A stretch of 64,000 nucleotides of DNA. Source: Candidatus Tayloriibacteriota bacterium. GTDB taxonomy: Bacteria > Patescibacteriota > Minisyncoccia > Phycocordibacterales > PALSA-1337. Position numbers and translations under genes: made by a program. Of the stretch, positions 59,739-64,000 are shown piece after piece; positions within the stretch are counted from its first letter, which is position 1; each line of letters starts with the position of its first letter. The DNA lies in assembly GCA_003151615.1 (NCBI GenBank), contig PLXZ01000004.1, positions 239,441-303,440 on the forward strand, written 5' to 3'. The notes under the pieces were generated by a model. It searched no databases. It was given only the letters and a program-made list of their open reading frames with translations, and was not told the DNA's origin.

Positions 59739-60611
59739 TTACATTCCGCACACCTCCCCAATTTCGCCCATGACTGCGGTTATGCCGGCTTCGTCGATGC
59801 CGTTTTCCTGAAGAATTTTCGGCGTGATTTCCTTGCACAGAATGACGCCGCGTTCGAGCAGGTTTTTTTTGTGGACATTTGAAAGCGTCGCGAGGCATGT
59901 GAAAGGATGCAGTTTCGATTCGGTAATGATGTCGTGAAGATTTCCTTGCGCAGGATAATTCCAGCCCACCATTTTCAGGCCGACGCATGAGCCGTATTTG
60001 ATCGCTTGCTCGGTGAATTTCGTATTGGTGATGAGCCAGCCTTCGGACAATGCCCGGCGTTTTCCTCCATAATCAAAAATTGCTCCGGCGTTTAAAATGT
60101 CGTCGATGCGCGCTTTCACGTAAAGGGCGACCTTCAAATCCGATTTCAGTCCGAATTCGTTGTGAAATTTCGCTTCGACCATGACCAATTTTTCATTATT
60201 CCACGCGACGACGTCCGTTTCGTGTTCGACGCAGGCGCCCTTGACCATTTGGTCGGTTAGCGTTTCGTATTTCCAGACTTTGAAAATATCCGCGACAAAT
60301 TTTTCGAAGGGAAAACCGTTTGGGCCGAGTTCCGCGAGCGCGCGACGCAATGAATACCGCGACGCCGTCGGCATCGATTCCCTGCGGAGAACTTCAAAGG
60401 CGTGCCGATAGATTTCGGCGCTCGACATGCCATTGACCAGTTCCTGCGAGACATGCTCCACGACGCGTTTTGCGATAGCAACCGAACTGCCGGAATTTTC
60501 AAGAGATTCGGTAAGTTTTGCCAAGTCAAAAGGCTCCAACGTTCCGTCGGCTTTCTTGATGTAGATCGGTTCTGCGGAAGGTGTACTTGAAGATGTTGCT
60601 GGAGTCGGCAT
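59739..60611 (-). CDS. ATP-cone plus restriction-endonuclease-fold (Mrr-like) protein
   Basis: IKKADG..EPFD..K ATP cone; FE..V, D, EAK and ITN..FT motifs. Confidence 0.82.
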   Translation of the reverse strand: MPTPATSSSTPSAEPIYIKKADGTLEPFDLAKLTESLENSGSSVAIAKRVVEHVSQELVNGMSSAEIYRHAFEVLRRESMPTASRYSLRRALAELGPNGFPFEKFVADIFKVWKYETLTDQMVKGACVEHETDVVAWNNEKLVMVEAKFHNEFGLKSDLKVALYVKARIDDILNAGAIFDYGGKRRALSEGWLITNTKFTEQAIKYGSCVGLKMVGWNYPAQGNLHDIITESKLHPFTCLATLSNVHKKNLLERGVILCKEITPKILQENGIDEAGITAVMGEIGEVCGM

Positions 60612-60656
60612 ATTTAAAAATGATATAGTCCGATTATATCACATCGTTAAGACGCG

Positions 60657-61811
60657 TTAGGATATGATTCCTCCGCCGACGCAGATCGCACCGTCGTACA
60701 TTACGAGTGACTGTCCGGGAGAAAGTGCGTACTGCGGTTCTTCAAAATTAATTTCGCAACTGCTTTCCCTGCCCGCCTTGCCCGGTTCGATGCGCATAAT
60801 CATGACCGGAGTCAGCGTCGCGCGATATCGGCTTCGAGCCATCAGTCGTTTTCCGACATAGTTTGAGCCGTTTCCGCCGGGCCAGTTTACTTTAATCAAA
60901 TGCGTTTCGGTGCGGCCATATGGCAAGGTACCCACGGAATTTTCAGGCGCGTCCTCCGCGATTATTTTATGCGCGACCGTGATCGTGTTTTTTTCCACAT
61001 CTTTCGCCACGATGTAATACGGATCATCGTTCGGAGTTTTATGCGAATCGTTGATGATGAAGCCGCGCCGCTCGCCGAGGGTGAAGAAAAATGCCCCATC
61101 ATGCCGGCCAATGACGGTTCCATCAATGTCGAGTACTTCGCCCGCTTTCGGCTGTATATAATGAGAGAGAAATTCCTTCACGTCGATTTTTCCGATGAAG
61201 CAAAGTCCCTGGCTGTCTTTTTTCTCGGCTGTCGGTAAGCCGAATGATTTTGCCAATTCACGTACGCGCGGTTTTTCAATTCCGCCGACCGGAAATAATG
61301 TCCTGCGCAATTGCTCCTGCGTCAATGTCCATAGAAAATAGGATTGGTCTTTGTTCGTGTCATTTCCCGCAACCAAGTTGAAAGTATTCGGCGCAGACGG
61401 CGAAGGCAAAATCTGCGCATAATGTCCGGTCGCGACATAATCGGCACCCTGTTTCATCGCCCAGTCGAAAAATCCTCCGAACTTTACATATTTATTGCAC
61501 ATGACGTCGGGATTCGGCGTTCGTCCGGCGCGATATTCGGCAATCATGTAATCGACGACTTCGCGCTTGTATTCGGCTTCCAAATCGAGAGTTTCAAATT
61601 TGATCCCGATTTTTGCGGCGACGCGCATGGCGTCCAGGCGGTCTTCGCGCCAGGTGCAGTTGAGTCCGGTGATGCTTTCCAGGATGTCGGCGCTGGGCTG
61701 CCAGACTTTTATGAAAACACCCGTGACGTCATAGCCGTCGCGGAGCAAAAGAGCCGCGGACACGGAACTGTCCACCCCGCCCGACATGCCGACAAAGACT
61801 TTTTTCTTCAT
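60657..61811 (-). CDS. mnmA: tRNA 2-thiouridylase MnmA
   Basis: MSGGVDSS, TPNPDVMCN, ATGHY, KDQSYFL, DSQGLCF. Confidence 0.97.
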   Translation of the reverse strand: MKKKVFVGMSGGVDSSVSAALLLRDGYDVTGVFIKVWQPSADILESITGLNCTWREDRLDAMRVAAKIGIKFETLDLEAEYKREVVDYMIAEYRAGRTPNPDVMCNKYVKFGGFFDWAMKQGADYVATGHYAQILPSPSAPNTFNLVAGNDTNKDQSYFLWTLTQEQLRRTLFPVGGIEKPRVRELAKSFGLPTAEKKDSQGLCFIGKIDVKEFLSHYIQPKAGEVLDIDGTVIGRHDGAFFFTLGERRGFIINDSHKTPNDDPYYIVAKDVEKNTITVAHKIIAEDAPENSVGTLPYGRTETHLIKVNWPGGNGSNYVGKRLMARSRYRATLTPVMIMRIEPGKAGRESSCEINFEEPQYALSPGQSLVMYDGAICVGGGIIS

Positions 61812-61896
61812 GGTATTTTTTCTTGACTTTTCAGTTTTCACATGATATCAAATATAATAGCGGTTAACAACAATACAACCAAAGTGAGTTCATTAT

Positions 61897-62328
61897 ATGA
61901 TTATCAGTAAAAGAAAATTTGAGGGTTCCCTAACCGAATTACGGTTAGGGTTGCAGAATACCTTTCAAAGACTTATTGGAAATGCAACCAATAAAGATTG
62001 GAAAGTCTTTGAACAGGCGCTCAATGAAATCTGTTTGGGAATTCAATTTTGCACGCAAAACAAAATTGACCTGACGGTGGCATTGAATCCCGACTTCAGC
62101 CTGTCCGGACCGAACAACTGCATTCTTGCAAAAACGCATCCGACCGGAAATTATTTTCGCGCGCTGGAAACGCTCGGAATTAGTCAGGAAAAAGCCAAAT
62201 CGTTGGGATTTGCTTGCAGTCCGCACCTCATTAGTTTGTTAAGCGAGACAAAATTAAACTGGAATCCGATTTGCGTTCAATTATGGAGGTTTACGGCAAG
62301 TTATTTTGTAAATCTTTCACGGCTGTAA
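61897..62328 (+). CDS. Hypothetical protein
   Basis: 143-aa ORF followed by a hairpin at ~62346-62376. Confidence 0.6.
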   Translation: MIISKRKFEGSLTELRLGLQNTFQRLIGNATNKDWKVFEQALNEICLGIQFCTQNKIDLTVALNPDFSLSGPNNCILAKTHPTGNYFRALETLGISQEKAKSLGFACSPHLISLLSETKLNWNPICVQLWRFTASYFVNLSRL

Positions 62329-62375
62329 TTTGGAAAATTTTTCGAAAGGCCACGGCACTACCGCTGTGGCCTTTT

Positions 62376-63428
62376 TTAATTCCCCAAATATTTCGCCTGA
62401 TTCGCCAGCTGGCCTTCATACGTAGCAGAATAATGCATCACACCCTTTGAATCGTTGAGATAGTACCAGTAGCTCGTCGCGGTTGGCGTTACGGCGTCAA
62501 TCAAGGCATCGATACCCGGATTATCAATTGGAGTCGGCGGCAAACCTTTATATCTATAAGTATTGTATGGGGACGTACCGGCCAGTTCATCCGCGGTCAG
62601 AGTACTCGCTATTGAAAGTTTTTGTCCTGCAAGCAGATTGGCGTACACCAGTGAAGGATCAACCTGCAGAAGCTGTCCGGACTCAAGTCGCTTCCATAAA
62701 ATGCCGGCAATGATGCGGCGGTCGGCCGTGGACGTCGCTTCTTTCTCCAAAATCGAAGCCATAATGACGACATCGTTTTGTGTGGCATGAAAACCTGCGG
62801 CACTCGATGAAGCGAGAAAGGCGTTAATTTGCGGCTGAATCGACAAGATTTTTTTATTGAAATTGTCTTTCATTATTGAAATGACCGCAGTGGCAGTATC
62901 ATTCGGCAAAAACAAATAGGTGTCCGGAAAAAGATATCCTTCGCTCGTTGATGCGATATTCAAAAATTGTGTCTCGTTAAATTGCGATATTGCGAAAAAA
63001 GGCGAACTCGATGCCGAAGTGGAGGAGGCAAGCGCTGAATTTAGTATCGTTGCCGTCTGACGAACAGTTGAACCTTCGGGAATCGTCACCCGCACAGCCG
63101 GCAAATCCTGCTCGCTGTGTATCAGCCTGTTGACGACAGTCCAGACATTTTCGGGTTTTGAAAAAACATAATCCCCTGCCCCGATGCTGTTTTTTGCTCG
63201 AAGAAGGGTGATTATGACTTTAAACAAAAATTGCGAACGGATGATGTGGTCGGCAGAGAGCTCGCCCGCGACGGAACCGGCTCCTGCGCCATTTTCCACC
63301 GGTACGATTACGTTGACGGGAAAATTTGCCGGTGCTCGCATTTCGGCAAGAGCGATTCCGCCAGCCAAAATAACAAGGCATGCCACCGCTATGCATACCA
63401 AAGAAAAATGTGACAGACGCGATTCCAT
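62376..63428 (-). CDS. mltG: Endolytic transglycosylase MltG
   Basis: TIPEG, EGYLFPDTY, MASILEKE, SPYNTYRYKGLPPTPIDNPG. Confidence 0.95.
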   Translation of the reverse strand: MESRLSHFSLVCIAVACLVILAGGIALAEMRAPANFPVNVIVPVENGAGAGSVAGELSADHIIRSQFLFKVIITLLRAKNSIGAGDYVFSKPENVWTVVNRLIHSEQDLPAVRVTIPEGSTVRQTATILNSALASSTSASSSPFFAISQFNETQFLNIASTSEGYLFPDTYLFLPNDTATAVISIMKDNFNKKILSIQPQINAFLASSSAAGFHATQNDVVIMASILEKEATSTADRRIIAGILWKRLESGQLLQVDPSLVYANLLAGQKLSIASTLTADELAGTSPYNTYRYKGLPPTPIDNPGIDALIDAVTPTATSYWYYLNDSKGVMHYSATYEGQLANQAKYLGN

Positions 63429-63431
63429 ATA

Positions 63432-64000
63432 TTAGATCGGAAGATTCGCCGGAGCCTGGCCTTTTTTCGACTGGATACGGGCAAGAGTCGGAGTCGCCGC
63501 AACCTGGCCCGGGAAGTGGAATATTGTCGCCAATTCCTCGGAGTTCATGACGAGCGGCTGACCGTGATGGCGAATGCCTTTATACGGATGAAAGAAGTAC
63601 GAACGACGCTTGTAAATTTCGAGCAACTGCTTGCGCATATGGTTTTCGCGGTATTCCTTGAAATCCTTCCATGGTTCGCCGAATCGCGGGCTCCATATGT
63701 CGACTTTAATTTTAAAACCGTTCAAGTGTTCCGTATTGAATTGTTTGAAACAGCCGATAAGACCCGGAATGTTCGTGCCGACGAATGAATCCTTTTTTGC
63801 GATATACATGGTACGTACTCCGACGTCAAAACCAAGCTTGCTTACGCCGCGCTCGATTGCTTTAACAATGTCCTGCTCGCCGGGCGAAATGATGATGCGC
63901 TTGCCCTGTCCGGTTTCATCGTCCGCTCCCCCGGCAATTTTGGTTTCAGGATCTCGGCCCAGGATTTTATGGACTTCGGCTGCGGCTTCATCCTTCCATT
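63432..64000 (-). CDS. Conserved hypothetical protein, 3' part (start outside window)
   Basis: Frame is open to the window edge; SKLGFDVGVR, MNSEELATIFHFP and P.NLP motifs. Confidence 0.8.
   Translation of the reverse strand, partial: WKDEAAAEVHKILGRDPETKIAGGADDETGQGKRIIISPGEQDIVKAIERGVSKLGFDVGVRTMYIAKKDSFVGTNIPGLIGCFKQFNTEHLNGFKIKVDIWSPRFGEPWKDFKEYRENHMRKQLLEIYKRRSYFFHPYKGIRHHGQPLVMNSEELATIFHFPGQVAATPTLARIQSKKGQAPANLPI

Overview
Chromosomal window from a small-genome bacterium, most likely a Patescibacteria/CPR (Parcubacteria-like) organism. This assignment is inferred from the shortened ValS, AlaS and L13, the typical conserved hypothetical proteins and the pervasive leaderless genes. Genetic code 11 fits. 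Most of the window is housekeeping: mreBCD-mrdA, mraZ-rsmH-ftsL-ftsI-murF, murG, ftsW, mltG, six aminoacyl-tRNA synthetases, dnaB, recR, scpAB, dnaK/grpE/dnaJ, eno/gpmI, the infA-rpsI block and tRNA-Glu(CUC), with solo orphan genes interspersed. I saw no CRISPR array, transposase, integrase or prophage. The notable content is non-coding. (1) Two loci with unrelated sequences share one architecture (21614-21808 minus; 46735-46929 plus): a tRNA mimic with a reduced D-arm, then a separate sigma70 promoter, then a 70-85 nt terminated small RNA. The 5' end of that RNA is complementary (18 bp and about 24 bp) to the mimic's anticodon arm, and it carries a 9-codon mini-ORF. This is a candidate undescribed two-RNA system. 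(2) A ~250-nt structured leader precedes an RNHCP-domain gene. (3) There are three families of dispersed intergenic elements: branched hairpins with covarying stems, an 89-bp MITE-like repeat and a ~12-bp-periodic motif. All structures were folded by eye and none was computed.
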